DNA of 64,000 bases from Alphaproteobacteria bacterium (lineage in GTDB: Bacteria; Pseudomonadota; Alphaproteobacteria; CAAHEQ01; UBA3637), in contig JAZUQR010000027.1 in assembly GCA_045605805.1 (NCBI GenBank), forward strand, positions 160,001 to 224,000, read 5' to 3'. The notes under the pieces were generated by a model, which was not told the origin of the DNA, made no database searches, and worked only from the letters and a program-made list of their open reading frames with translations. The position numbers were made by a program, and so were the translations under genes. Below, in pieces: positions 50,911 to 60,558 of this stretch. Numbering within the stretch: the first letter of the stretch is position 1; every line of letters starts with the position of its first letter.

Positions 50911-52182
50911 ATGAAAACACACAAAAACATCGTTTGGTATGGGCGATATACCTTTATAGGATTATCTGTGATATGGGCTGTGATGGCCCTGTATGGATTC
51001 AAAACATTTGGATGGGTGGGGCGTTTTGCGGATTTATCACCGGCCGAATTTGTTATTCAAATCAGTGCCTTATTCTTTCCTGTGTCCGTGTTTTATCTAA
51101 TTGGTTCGTATATGGATCGTAATCAGTTGGCTCAGGCAAGCCTAAATGCGTCTAAAACTTATTTAGAAGAATTGATTTATCCGTCCGAGTTAGGGGCCAA
51201 ACATGTGCAAGAGTTGAATCAAGAATTAAAACAGCAAATTCAACTATTTAAGGGGTCTTTCACCGAGGTGACACAGCATACAAAACAGGTGCGGGAAGAT
51301 TTAACACATTGGATTGAAGAATTAAATAATATCATTACACATATGGGCGTTCAATCACAAAAAATGGCCGAATTTGTGGCGGAGTTAGAATCGGCTTCGG
51401 AAACAGCGAATCAGCAAACATTACAGGCCACAGAAAATATGGTCACACAAGCAGATATTTTATTAAAAGTCAGCCAAGAAACAGAAAGTCATTTACAAAA
51501 GACATCCAAAAATCTGGCAACACAAACAGAAGAAATCAGCCAAAATATGCATGCCGTCACACAAAGCGAAAAACAAATCTCAACAGCTTTGGATAAATCG
51601 GCCGTTCTGGTTCAAGGGCTGTCACAAAATGCCCAAAACATTGAAAAAGCCATGAATAAAACAAACGAAATGGCGCATTTTTTACAAGAAACAGATAAAG
51701 TGTTGTTAAAATTCAAAGAAATTGGCACAACATTGGATATGCGTTTGAAAACATTAAAGCAAAAATCTCTCCCTGCCACAGAAACAACTGAACAAGAAAC
51801 AGCTCTACCATCTGCGAAAGAGTTCACAGATAAAATGCAACAGATTCTTGAAAAATTACAAGGTCTGTCCGTAGAAATGATGTCGGTGTTTGAACTTAAA
51901 AATGAAGAAACACTGTGGAATAATTATTATGCGGGCGATAAAGCGGTTTTTATGCGTCATATTAAAAATATGTTGGGTCAATCCAAACATCAGCGCATTT
52001 TTGACAGTGCTTTAATAAATCCCGATTTTCAAGAAAATGTTAAAACTTATATGGCAACATTTGAAAGTTTAACAAAAGGGTTGGAAAACAGCCCTTGGTT
52101 GGGCGTATTGGTTGGGTCTGATGCCGGCCGTCTGTATATGGTTTTGGCAACTTTGTTCAAAGGAGAAAAAAATGCAGGTTAA
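50911..52182 (+). CDS. Two-TM coiled-coil protein with TipN/GPR-like C-terminal domain
   Basis: AAGGAGG RBS; 2 TMs, long heptad region, C-terminal LWxxYxxGDxxVFxR...YMxxFE...SDxGxLYxxLA resembling alpha polar landmark proteins as recalled. Confidence 0.65.
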   Translation: MKTHKNIVWYGRYTFIGLSVIWAVMALYGFKTFGWVGRFADLSPAEFVIQISALFFPVSVFYLIGSYMDRNQLAQASLNASKTYLEELIYPSELGAKHVQELNQELKQQIQLFKGSFTEVTQHTKQVREDLTHWIEELNNIITHMGVQSQKMAEFVAELESASETANQQTLQATENMVTQADILLKVSQETESHLQKTSKNLATQTEEISQNMHAVTQSEKQISTALDKSAVLVQGLSQNAQNIEKAMNKTNEMAHFLQETDKVLLKFKEIGTTLDMRLKTLKQKSLPATETTEQETALPSAKEFTDKMQQILEKLQGLSVEMMSVFELKNEETLWNNYYAGDKAVFMRHIKNMLGQSKHQRIFDSALINPDFQENVKTYMATFESLTKGLENSPWLGVLVGSDAGRLYMVLATLFKGEKNAG

Positions 52183-52390
52183 ATTGATAAAAATCGGCAA
52201 TTCATATGGTGTTCGTCTGCCTAAAACCGTGATAGAAAGTTGTGGCTTTGAATCAGATATAGAAATGAATGTCAAAGGAAAAAGTGTTGTTCTGACGGCC
52301 GAAAAACAGCCACGGCACGGCTGGAAAGAGGCCATACAAGACGAAATCAATTCAAAACCGTTAAGATATTTGGGAGATTGGGAATGGTAA
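52172..52390 (+). CDS. mazE: AbrB/MazE-family antitoxin
   Basis: KLIKIGNSYGVRLPK, PRxGW; AAGGAG RBS before ATG 52172. Confidence 0.88.
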   Translation: MQVKLIKIGNSYGVRLPKTVIESCGFESDIEMNVKGKSVVLTAEKQPRHGWKEAIQDEINSKPLRYLGDWEW

Positions 52391-52698
52391 ATCGGGGAGA
52401 TGTTTATATTTGTGAATCGCATGGCATAGAAAAACCATGTGTTATTTTGTCACCGGATGAAATGGCCGAAACAATGCCGTATATTTTAATTGCTCCCATC
52501 ACAACGGCCGAAAGAAACTTGCCGTTTCGGTTGGGGGTGAAGTTGCGTGGAAAACAAGGACAAATTGCCCCAGATATGATGCACGTCGTTCCAAAAACAG
52601 ATTTGGTCACAAGAATTGGTACTTTACCCGAAAGTTTAATGAATGACTTGAACCGAATTTTGAAAGAAATGTTCTGCTATGCATCGGTGGGTAAATAA
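52384..52698 (+). CDS. mazF: PemK/MazF-family protein with altered active-site loop
   Basis: RGDVY, PCVILSP, IAPITT; overlaps mazE. Confidence 0.82.
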   Translation: MVNRGDVYICESHGIEKPCVILSPDEMAETMPYILIAPITTAERNLPFRLGVKLRGKQGQIAPDMMHVVPKTDLVTRIGTLPESLMNDLNRILKEMFCYASVGK

Positions 52699-54047
52699 AC
52701 ATAGAAAGTTGTCCCCTTTTGATGGGAACTTTCCACTTGTATGATGCCGTTATATCGCTTCACAAGGTGTTGAACAATGCCAAGACCAAGGCCGAATCCA
52801 TTCAAAGAAGAGGCATTTTGTTCCACCCGATAAAACTTGTCCCAAATCCGATTGAGCTGATCGGGCGAAATAGGATTGCCGATATTATGAACACTGATAA
52901 CAAGTTGTTTTTTTTGAACAGTATCCAAATAAGTTGAAACGGTAATTTGTGAACGGGGTGCGCTGTATTTTAAGGCATTATCAATCAGATTCTGAAATAA
53001 ATGATAAAAATCATCACGACTTCCCGAAAACAAAGGGAGGTGAGGATGTTTATTTAAGATAATTTTTTTATTTATATGTTTTGCAGATAATTGAAAATCA
53101 TCCACAACTTTTTGAATTAAATCATTCATAGAAAAAGTTTGATATTCGGTTAAAGGGATATCCATCTGTAAGCGAGATAGTTTCAACATTTTTTGAACCA
53201 ATTGCGTCATACGAGCATTTTGTTCGGCAATTAAAGTCAGAAATTGTTGTTGCGCTTTTTTGTCATTTTTAGCCGAAGTTTGCAGTGTTTCCACACACCC
53301 GTTGATAATGGCCAAAGGTGTTTTTAATTCGTGGCTGGCATTGGCAAAAAAGTCGGCCTGTTGTGTTTTGAATAATTGAAAGGGCGTAATATCAAAAAAA
53401 GATAAAGCAATAATTGCCCCTTTTTTGGTGGGAGCAGGTAAATGATCAACCTGAACTTGAAACGAAAAGGATTGATGAAGATGATTTTTGAAAATCCATT
53501 CCTCCAAAGTAAATGATTTTTTGGTTTTCAAAACAGTTGAAAAGGCCTTTAACAGTTTTTTTTCTTTGAAAACGGTTGATAGCTTTTGATTGATAAGTTT
53601 CATCTTAAAGAAAGATTGGGCGCTTAAATTGGCGAACACGATTTTTTGATTTTTATCCAACATCAATAAAGGAGAGGGCAGATTTTCCAGCACACTTCTG
53701 TCAGATAAAAATTGATCAGACCACAAGTTTTTGACACTTAAAAAAGTATTGGTTAAACGCATGGAAGAAAAAATCCCCCATCGCAGTTTGGGCAGTTCCG
53801 GTTCAATGCCTTGTGCCAACTTTTTCAAATAAGCCATAAAAGTGTCTAAATCCTTAAAAACATATAAAACAATAACCGTGCTGATGGCCCAAAAACCAAG
53901 CAGCGAGATGAAGGCAGACAACCATGAAATTTTATCGGCCACCAACAAAGAAAGTAAAATAATCACCGCAGGAATGTTCAAAATCAACACTCTGGCCGAT
54001 GTTTTCAAAACCTTCTTGATAACATTTAAGACTTTCTTTTTATGCAT
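52677..54047 (-). CDS. phoR: Sensor histidine kinase, PhoR-like
   Basis: 2 TMs, PAS, DFFANASHELKTPL H box, NLIDNALKY, FYRV, GxGLGL. Confidence 0.8.
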   Translation of the reverse strand: MHKKKVLNVIKKVLKTSARVLILNIPAVIILLSLLVADKISWLSAFISLLGFWAISTVIVLYVFKDLDTFMAYLKKLAQGIEPELPKLRWGIFSSMRLTNTFLSVKNLWSDQFLSDRSVLENLPSPLLMLDKNQKIVFANLSAQSFFKMKLINQKLSTVFKEKKLLKAFSTVLKTKKSFTLEEWIFKNHLHQSFSFQVQVDHLPAPTKKGAIIALSFFDITPFQLFKTQQADFFANASHELKTPLAIINGCVETLQTSAKNDKKAQQQFLTLIAEQNARMTQLVQKMLKLSRLQMDIPLTEYQTFSMNDLIQKVVDDFQLSAKHINKKIILNKHPHLPLFSGSRDDFYHLFQNLIDNALKYSAPRSQITVSTYLDTVQKKQLVISVHNIGNPISPDQLNRIWDKFYRVEQNASSLNGFGLGLGIVQHLVKRYNGIIQVESSHQKGTTFYVYLPTDA

Positions 54048-54091
54048 AAATAGAGTATAATAGAAAACAGAAAAAAAAGAAAGGTAAAAAA

Positions 54092-56683
54092 ATGGCTAAG
54101 AAAAAAACATCTCCGATGTTGGAGCAATATTTTGAAATAAAAAAGAACTATCAAGAGTGTTTATTGTTCTTTCGGTTAGGGGATTTTTACGAGCTGTTTT
54201 TTGAAGATGCGAAACAAGCCTCAAAAGCATTAGACTTGGTTTTAACCCATCGGGGGGAATATGAAGGCCAAGAAGTCCCTATGTGTGGCATTCCCTTTCA
54301 TGCTTATGAAAACTATCTGGTTCGTTTAATTAAAGCAGGTTTTAAGGTGGCGATATGTGAACAAATGGAAACACCGGAACAGGCCAAACAGCGGGCAGGT
54401 TCTTCGGCAGTTATGAAAAGACAGGTGATTCGTGTGGTCACAGCCGGCACTTTAACAGAAGATGCGTTGCTCAGTGCCAAAACAAATAACTATCTGGCAG
54501 CCGTTTCACCTGGGGCTTCTTCCTATGGATTGGCATGGATTGACATTTCCACCGGAGATTTTAATGTGGAAGAAATCACTTTTGCACAATTATCCACCGC
54601 CCTCAGCCGATTGAGTGCATCAGAATTGTTGGTGCCTGAATCCTTTGAAGAAAAAATGCCTTTTATAAAAGAAGTTTCCTCGACGCAACCGACTTATTGT
54701 CCGGATAGCTTATTTTTACCTGTCAATCAAGAAGAGGCTATCAAAAAATATCCCCATTTAAGCAAGGTGGAACAAACCGCCATTGGGGTGTTATTAGACT
54801 ATCTTCAAAAAACACAATTGGATAATATGCCTGTTTTAACAGCCCCAAAAAGATTTGTTGAAAATCGCTACATCACCATTGATGGGGCCACAAGGCGCAG
54901 TTTGGAATTGGTCAATACGCTGTCGGATGAACGAGGCGCAAAAAGCCTTTTAGATGTGATAGACAGAACAAAAACAGGCTCGGGGGCAAGATTGTTATAT
55001 ACCTATCTTTCTTCGCCATTAGTTGTTCTGGAAGAAATCAACGCAAGGTTGGATAAGGTCAATTATTTTTATGAAAATCCCCTGATAACAGAGCAGGTTC
55101 GGACATTATTTAATCAAATTGGGGATGTAGAACGGTCCTTCAACCGATTGTTGGCAAACCGAGGAGGGCCTCGGGATATGTTGGTGATTGCTGACAGCCT
55201 GAATCTGGTTCCGAAAATGCGCAACCTGATGACAGCCGATCAACCACTCAGCCTTCAAGAAAATAATAATCGTTTAGGCATTCACAGTGAAATGTGTGAT
55301 AAATTAAAGCATTATCTGAAAGAGGAAGTACCGTTGTTGGCTCGGGATGGTGGATTCATAGAAAAAGGGGCAAGTGCTTTGTTAGATGAAGTAAAAATGG
55401 TAAAAGCGGATTCTAAAAAATACTTGATGGATTTACAATACAAATATGCCCGCCAAACCGGCATTCAAAACCTGAAAGTGGCTTATAATAATTTGGTGGG
55501 CTATTATGTGGAAGTACCAGCCAAAGCGGCAGAACCTTTGTTGATGGATAAAACAAGCGGGTTTATTCACCGTCAAACATTGGCAAATGTGGTGCGCTTT
55601 ACCACAACGGATTTGGCCGAAGTGGCCGATAAAATCCTGCATGCAGATGATAAAATCTTGAACATAGAGTTGCGGCTATATGAAGAATTGCGTGAAGCAA
55701 TTATCAATCGGGGAACCGAGATTTTGCGGGCTGCATCGGCCTTGGCTGAATTGGATGTGGCTACCTCGTTGGCCGAGCTGGCGTTGGAAAATAATTGGGT
55801 GCGACCAGAGCTGAATGAAACAACAGATTTATCCATAAAAGGCGGGCGTCATCCGGTGGTTGAAGCCTCATTAAAAGAGCAAAAAATACCGTTTATTCCC
55901 AACAACTGTGAGATGAATGAAAATCAAAACCTGTGGCTTTTAACAGGGCCGAATATGGCGGGAAAAAGTACTTATTTGCGCCAAAACGCTTTGATTGTTA
56001 TTTTGGCACAAATGGGGTCTTATGTGCCGGCCGAAGAAGCCCATATAGGCCTTGTAGATAAAGTTTTTTCACGGGTGGGGGCCAGTGATGATTTGGCACG
56101 GGGACGCTCTACATTTATGGTTGAAATGGTGGAAGTGGCCACAATTTTGAATAATGCCACTTCAAAATCGTTGGTTATTTTGGATGAAGTTGGACGTGGT
56201 ACAGCCACCTATGACGGCTTATCATTGGCATGGGCGGTGGTGGAATACCTGCATGATGAGGTAAAAGCCCGAGCTTTATTTGCCACGCATTATCATGAGC
56301 TGACAGGCTTGACCGGTAAATTAAAAAAACTGTCTCTCCATACAATGAAAATTAAAGAATGGCAAGGGGATGTCGTTTTTTTACACGAAGTGACCGAAGG
56401 GGCAGTGGCCCGCTCTTATGGGATTCATGTGGCGAAGTTGGCGGGCTTGCCCGAAACAGTGATAGAGCGAGCCGGCACAATTTTGGCTCAATTGGAAGAA
56501 AAAAAGAAATCTCAAAAACCTCTTTTTGATGATCTCCCCTTGTTTTCTTCACAACCAACACCCACATATCATAGTGTGACGCCTTCACAGGTGGAAAAAA
56601 AGCTTAAAGAAATGGATATTGATGCTTTGTCGCCCCGTGAAGCGTTAGAGGTGCTGTATAATTTGAAAAAGGAGATTCAATGA
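54092..56683 (+). CDS. mutS: DNA mismatch repair protein MutS
   Basis: GDFYELFFEDA, TGPNMAGKST, STFMVEM, DEVGRGT, FATHYHEL. Confidence 0.98.
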   Translation: MAKKKTSPMLEQYFEIKKNYQECLLFFRLGDFYELFFEDAKQASKALDLVLTHRGEYEGQEVPMCGIPFHAYENYLVRLIKAGFKVAICEQMETPEQAKQRAGSSAVMKRQVIRVVTAGTLTEDALLSAKTNNYLAAVSPGASSYGLAWIDISTGDFNVEEITFAQLSTALSRLSASELLVPESFEEKMPFIKEVSSTQPTYCPDSLFLPVNQEEAIKKYPHLSKVEQTAIGVLLDYLQKTQLDNMPVLTAPKRFVENRYITIDGATRRSLELVNTLSDERGAKSLLDVIDRTKTGSGARLLYTYLSSPLVVLEEINARLDKVNYFYENPLITEQVRTLFNQIGDVERSFNRLLANRGGPRDMLVIADSLNLVPKMRNLMTADQPLSLQENNNRLGIHSEMCDKLKHYLKEEVPLLARDGGFIEKGASALLDEVKMVKADSKKYLMDLQYKYARQTGIQNLKVAYNNLVGYYVEVPAKAAEPLLMDKTSGFIHRQTLANVVRFTTTDLAEVADKILHADDKILNIELRLYEELREAIINRGTEILRAASALAELDVATSLAELALENNWVRPELNETTDLSIKGGRHPVVEASLKEQKIPFIPNNCEMNENQNLWLLTGPNMAGKSTYLRQNALIVILAQMGSYVPAEEAHIGLVDKVFSRVGASDDLARGRSTFMVEMVEVATILNNATSKSLVILDEVGRGTATYDGLSLAWAVVEYLHDEVKARALFATHYHELTGLTGKLKKLSLHTMKIKEWQGDVVFLHEVTEGAVARSYGIHVAKLAGLPETVIERAGTILAQLEEKKKSQKPLFDDLPLFSSQPTPTYHSVTPSQVEKKLKEMDIDALSPREALEVLYNLKKEIQ

Positions 56684-56913
56684 ATATCTTTGGTTTATTG
56701 ATAACAGGGGCTATTTTTGTGGCGATTGTGACACTCATTATATGGGTGGGGATTTACATTGCCTTACCAATTATGTTGTTGATGTTGGTGGCATCGGCTA
56801 TTGGGGCTATTATCAAAGCATTTTTGCCATCAAAACCACAGCACCCGTATACCTCCCAAAAACATCATAATAATGAAAATGTTATTGATGTAGAATTCAA
56901 AGAAATTAAATAA
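56680..56913 (+). CDS. Small membrane protein
   Basis: Hydrophobic N-terminal half, C-terminal VIDVEFKEI; overlaps the mutS stop. Confidence 0.75.
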   Translation: MNIFGLLITGAIFVAIVTLIIWVGIYIALPIMLLMLVASAIGAIIKAFLPSKPQHPYTSQKHHNNENVIDVEFKEIK

Positions 56914-56915
56914 AT

Positions 56916-56977
56916 ATGACATTTTTATAAAAGATTTGTGACAATTTTGTTGCAATTCAAAAAGAAATGAGTACAAT
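56916..56977. promoter_or_regulatory. Pho-box-like array overlapping the fadL promoter
   Basis: - strand TTGCAAC-N4-TTGTCAC-N4-CTTTTAT-N4-ATGTCAT; + strand TTGCAA-N16-TACAAT. Confidence 0.5.
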
Positions 56978-57020
56978 ATCCCTTGTAAGTGTTGTTTAAC
57001 AATAACAAAGGATATGATAA

Positions 57021-58244
57021 ATGAAAAAAATAACACAATTTGCTTTATTCATTGGGGCCACATTGGGCGTTTGCTCGGCACAAGCTGGTGGTTATCAATT
57101 AAACGATTATTCTGTCACAGGTTTGGGGCGTTCATATGCTGGTGCTGGTGTTGTTGGAGATGATTATTCCGCCATTGCATTCAATCCGGCCGGTATGACA
57201 TTGATGAAACACTCTGGTGTCCAATTGAGCGGTTCGTTCATCAATTTGAAGGCTGATGTGGATTCTTTGAATTCAGATAAACATAAAAAAATGAACTTCT
57301 GGCAACCAATTCCAACCGGTTTTGCACAATATAATGTGAATGACAGATTTTCCATCGGGATGGGTGTGTATGCCCCATTTGGCTTAAAAACAGAATATGA
57401 TAGCAATTGGTATGGCAATCAAGATGCCATTTTATCTAAATTAGAAATCATTGATTTCAATGTATCTGCGGCATATAAATTGACAGATAAATGGTCCGTT
57501 GGGGCAAGTGCAATTATGCGCTATATTTATGGTCATTTAACAAATAAAGCACCGCTTCCGGGTGGAGAGATTGACATTGAAGTGGACGGATGGACAAAAA
57601 CCGGTGCCTTGGGGATTATGTATGAACCCACAAAGAACACTCGCTTTGGCCTGTCCTATCGCTTGCGTTCCACCCAACAGGTGAAGGGTGATTTTACGGT
57701 ATCCGGTCTTTCTGGGCCATATGCACCGTTTAATGAAACAGCCATTGGTCGTGCCTCACCGGCTTTGCCCGAAACTTTAACTTTCTCGGCTTATCACCGT
57801 TATAAAAAGTTTGGTTTTTCGGGAACAGCCCGTTGGACCCATTGGAGCCAATCTTTCCCAGAATTGGTTGTGAAAACAAATGCAAAGGCTATACCGGCTT
57901 TAACAGGAGGAACAGAAGTTCGCACAATCTATAACTATGATAACGCTTGGACATTAACCGGTGGTGTGGATTATTACTATTGCAAAAACCTCACCTTCCG
58001 TTTTGGGGGTGGATGGGATGAAAGTCCGGCACATAACAACAGCAACAGAACCATTCGTATCCCTGATAACGATCGTATTTGGTTAAGCGTTGGGGCAAGT
58101 TATATGAAGAACAATTGGCAATTGGATGTCGGTTATGCCCATATGATGGGAAGAACAGCAAAAGCCTTGAATAATACCAACAAAGTGAAATTCAAAAATA
58201 TGCAATCACATATTTTGGGTATTCAAGTTCAATATAAGTTCTAA
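57021..58244 (+). CDS. fadL: OmpP1/FadL-family outer membrane transporter
   Basis: Signal peptide, GYQL...LGRSYAG...FNPAGM hatch, APFGL, IPDNDR, C-terminal YKF. Confidence 0.9.
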   Translation: MKKITQFALFIGATLGVCSAQAGGYQLNDYSVTGLGRSYAGAGVVGDDYSAIAFNPAGMTLMKHSGVQLSGSFINLKADVDSLNSDKHKKMNFWQPIPTGFAQYNVNDRFSIGMGVYAPFGLKTEYDSNWYGNQDAILSKLEIIDFNVSAAYKLTDKWSVGASAIMRYIYGHLTNKAPLPGGEIDIEVDGWTKTGALGIMYEPTKNTRFGLSYRLRSTQQVKGDFTVSGLSGPYAPFNETAIGRASPALPETLTFSAYHRYKKFGFSGTARWTHWSQSFPELVVKTNAKAIPALTGGTEVRTIYNYDNAWTLTGGVDYYYCKNLTFRFGGGWDESPAHNNSNRTIRIPDNDRIWLSVGASYMKNNWQLDVGYAHMMGRTAKALNNTNKVKFKNMQSHILGIQVQYKF

Positions 58245-58258
58245 AAAAATGCTGTCAT

Positions 58259-58290
58259 AAAAGCCCTGTTCTTTGGAATGGGGCTTTTTT
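58259..58290 (+). terminator. Intrinsic terminator after fadL
   Basis: AAAAGCCCTGTTC...GAATGGGGCTTTTTT. Confidence 0.75.
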
Positions 58291-58375
58291 ATTTTTCTTG
58301 ACACATAAAAAGACTTGCCCTAAATGAACACCGTAAAACAACTTTCATAAACTGAAAAAAACGAAAGGAAAAACA

Positions 58376-58573
58376 ATGAGAATAATAAATAAAATTGCCG
58401 GCATTTTAGTGTTGATTGGGGCACTCAATTGGGGTTTTGTGGGCTTTTTTGGATTTGACTTAGTGGCCGCTTTGTTTGGTCCAATGACCATGCTCAGCCG
58501 CATTATCTATGGAGCCGTTGGCGTGTCAGGCCTGTGGCTGATTATAGATTATTTTGCCGAAAAATCAAAATAG
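58376..58573 (+). CDS. DUF378 (YuzA-like) membrane protein
   Basis: LVLIGALNWGxxGxFxFDLV, SRIIYxxVG. Confidence 0.9.
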   Translation: MRIINKIAGILVLIGALNWGFVGFFGFDLVAALFGPMTMLSRIIYGAVGVSGLWLIIDYFAEKSK

Positions 58574-58589
58574 TTCTTTACCTCAAAAA

Positions 58590-58616
58590 AAAGCTCGTCT
58601 GTTTCAGACGAGCTTT
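58590..58616. terminator. Bidirectional intrinsic terminator
   Basis: AAAGCTCGTCTG-TTT-CAGACGAGCTTT between convergent genes. Confidence 0.85.
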
Positions 58617-58623
58617 CATTTTG

Positions 58624-59088
58624 TTATCTGTTATTGTGTTTTAAGGAAGCAATCATCTCATCATTCACATGTTTTCTTGCTTCTGTTGTTGCCTGTTGAA
58701 AGGCATCCATATAAGGGGTTGAGCTATAAATAGAAGAAATCTCAGAACGGTCACCACGGCGATATAAATGATTGGCTACCTGTCGTACAAATTGGATATT
58801 ACTTTTTTCAAAAGGTTGCAAAGATTCTTGCCCCCGAGAAGCAACAAATGAAACACGATCACCTTGATCATCAATTCTTAAACCAGTATCAAAACAAATG
58901 GAAATGAGGTTGGGATTTTTATGATCCTGTTCAAACCAACATTCTTGGCGAGAACCAAAAACTTGATGCCAACCGTTCATTCTGTCTTGAAATGATTTTG
59001 GAATCGAGGATGAAGTTGTTTCAAACATCACGGTTTTTGCTTTTTCGGCTGCTTGTTGAGATAATTGTAATTTTGAAGTTAAAGACAT
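58624..59088 (-). CDS. Hypothetical protein
   Basis: 154-aa ORF with AAAGGAG RBS directly after gatB. Confidence 0.7.
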   Translation of the reverse strand: MSLTSKLQLSQQAAEKAKTVMFETTSSSIPKSFQDRMNGWHQVFGSRQECWFEQDHKNPNLISICFDTGLRIDDQGDRVSFVASRGQESLQPFEKSNIQFVRQVANHLYRRGDRSEISSIYSSTPYMDAFQQATTEARKHVNDEMIASLKHNNR

Positions 59089-59102
59089 CAGTTCTCCTTT
59101 TG

Positions 59103-60554
59103 TTAAGATTGCAGTTTTTTATTTAATAATTCGTTGGCCATAGCCGGATTGACTTTACCTTGACTTGCTTTCATAATTTGGCCCACAAGCCACCCTTTCA
59201 GCTTGTCTTTACCAGCCTTGATTTCGGCTACTTGTTCTGGATTGGCAGCCAAAACAGAATCAATAATCGCCTCAATGGCAGCGGTATCAGTGGTCTGTTT
59301 TAAGCCTTTTTCGTCCACAATCACAGCGGGTTCTTTGCCGGTTTCAATCATCAACAAAAACACATCCTTGGCAATTTTGCCCGAAATAGTGTTGTCTTCA
59401 ATCAAGCCAACCAAAGCCCCTAAATTATCGGCCGATACAGGGCTGTTCGTAATGGATAAACATTCTTTATTCAAATAAGCAAATAAATCACCCATCACCC
59501 AGTTGGCCACTTTTTTGGCATCATGCCCCTTGGCCGCCTGTTCAAAATAAGCCGCCGTCTCTTTATCAGCCGTTAAAATACCGGCATCATATTCTGGTAA
59601 GCCCAATTGCTCAATATAGCGTTTTTTCTTCACTTCCGGCAATTCAGGCAAGTTTTTGCGGATATTTTCAATATATTCATCTGTTAAAACCACAGGCAAC
59701 AGGTCTGGATCAGGGAAATAGCGATAGTCATTGGCATTTTCTTTGTTGCGCATAGGCCGTGTTTCGCCATTGTCCGAATCGTATAAACGAGTTTCTTGTT
59801 TGATAGTTCCCCCGTTTTCATAGATTTCAATCTGACGATTGGCTTCCACCTCAATGGCGTGCATGACAAAACGCACCGAGTTGACATTTTTCACTTCGGC
59901 TCTGGCTCGCAACCCTTCTTCGCCCACGGGACGCACAGAAATGTTCACATCACACCGCATAGAGCCTTCATCCATATTGCCGTCACAAGTACCAAGCGCC
60001 CGCACAATGGCCCGTAATTGACGCAAATACTCACCTGCTTCTTCAGGGGAATGCATATCCGGTTTTGATACAATTTCCATCAAACCCACACCGGAACGGT
60101 TCAGGTCAATCAAAGTTTTGCTGGGATGCATATCATGAATGGATTTACCGGCATCTTGCTCTAAATGCAGGCGTTCCACGCCGATTTTTCTTGTTCCTTC
60201 GCTTGTTGTCACCTCAATAAAGCCTTCGCCCACAATCGGATGATACAGTTGAGAAATCTGATACCCTTGCGGTAAATCGGCATAAAAATAGTTTTTTCTG
60301 TCAAAACGGGAGTATTTGTTGATTTGGGCATTCAAACCCATCCCAGTTTTCACACATTGTTCAATGCAGTATTCATTGACTTTTGGCAACATCCCTGGGA
60401 AAGCGGCATCAATAAAAGAAACTTGTGTATTTTGTTCACCGCCAAAAGCCGCACTGGCCCCCGAAAAAACCTTAGATTTGGATAAGATTTCACAGTGAAC
60501 TTCTAAACCGATAACCAGTTCCCATTTTCCTGTTTTTCCTTCAATTGTGTACAT
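59103..60554 (-). CDS. gatB: Asp/Glu-tRNA amidotransferase subunit B
   Basis: [36 protein letters not shown]. Confidence 0.98.
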   Translation of the reverse strand: MYTIEGKTGKWELVIGLEVHCEILSKSKVFSGASAAFGGEQNTQVSFIDAAFPGMLPKVNEYCIEQCVKTGMGLNAQINKYSRFDRKNYFYADLPQGYQISQLYHPIVGEGFIEVTTSEGTRKIGVERLHLEQDAGKSIHDMHPSKTLIDLNRSGVGLMEIVSKPDMHSPEEAGEYLRQLRAIVRALGTCDGNMDEGSMRCDVNISVRPVGEEGLRARAEVKNVNSVRFVMHAIEVEANRQIEIYENGGTIKQETRLYDSDNGETRPMRNKENANDYRYFPDPDLLPVVLTDEYIENIRKNLPELPEVKKKRYIEQLGLPEYDAGILTADKETAAYFEQAAKGHDAKKVANWVMGDLFAYLNKECLSITNSPVSADNLGALVGLIEDNTISGKIAKDVFLLMIETGKEPAVIVDEKGLKQTTDTAAIEAIIDSVLAANPEQVAEIKAGKDKLKGWLVGQIMKASQGKVNPAMANELLNKKLQS

Positions 60555-60558
60555 AGTC

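Noticed and set aside
35947-54047. phoB and phoR separated by one inversion centred on oriC
   Set aside because: They are roughly equidistant from oriC but on the same strand; a single inversion would leave them on opposite strands.
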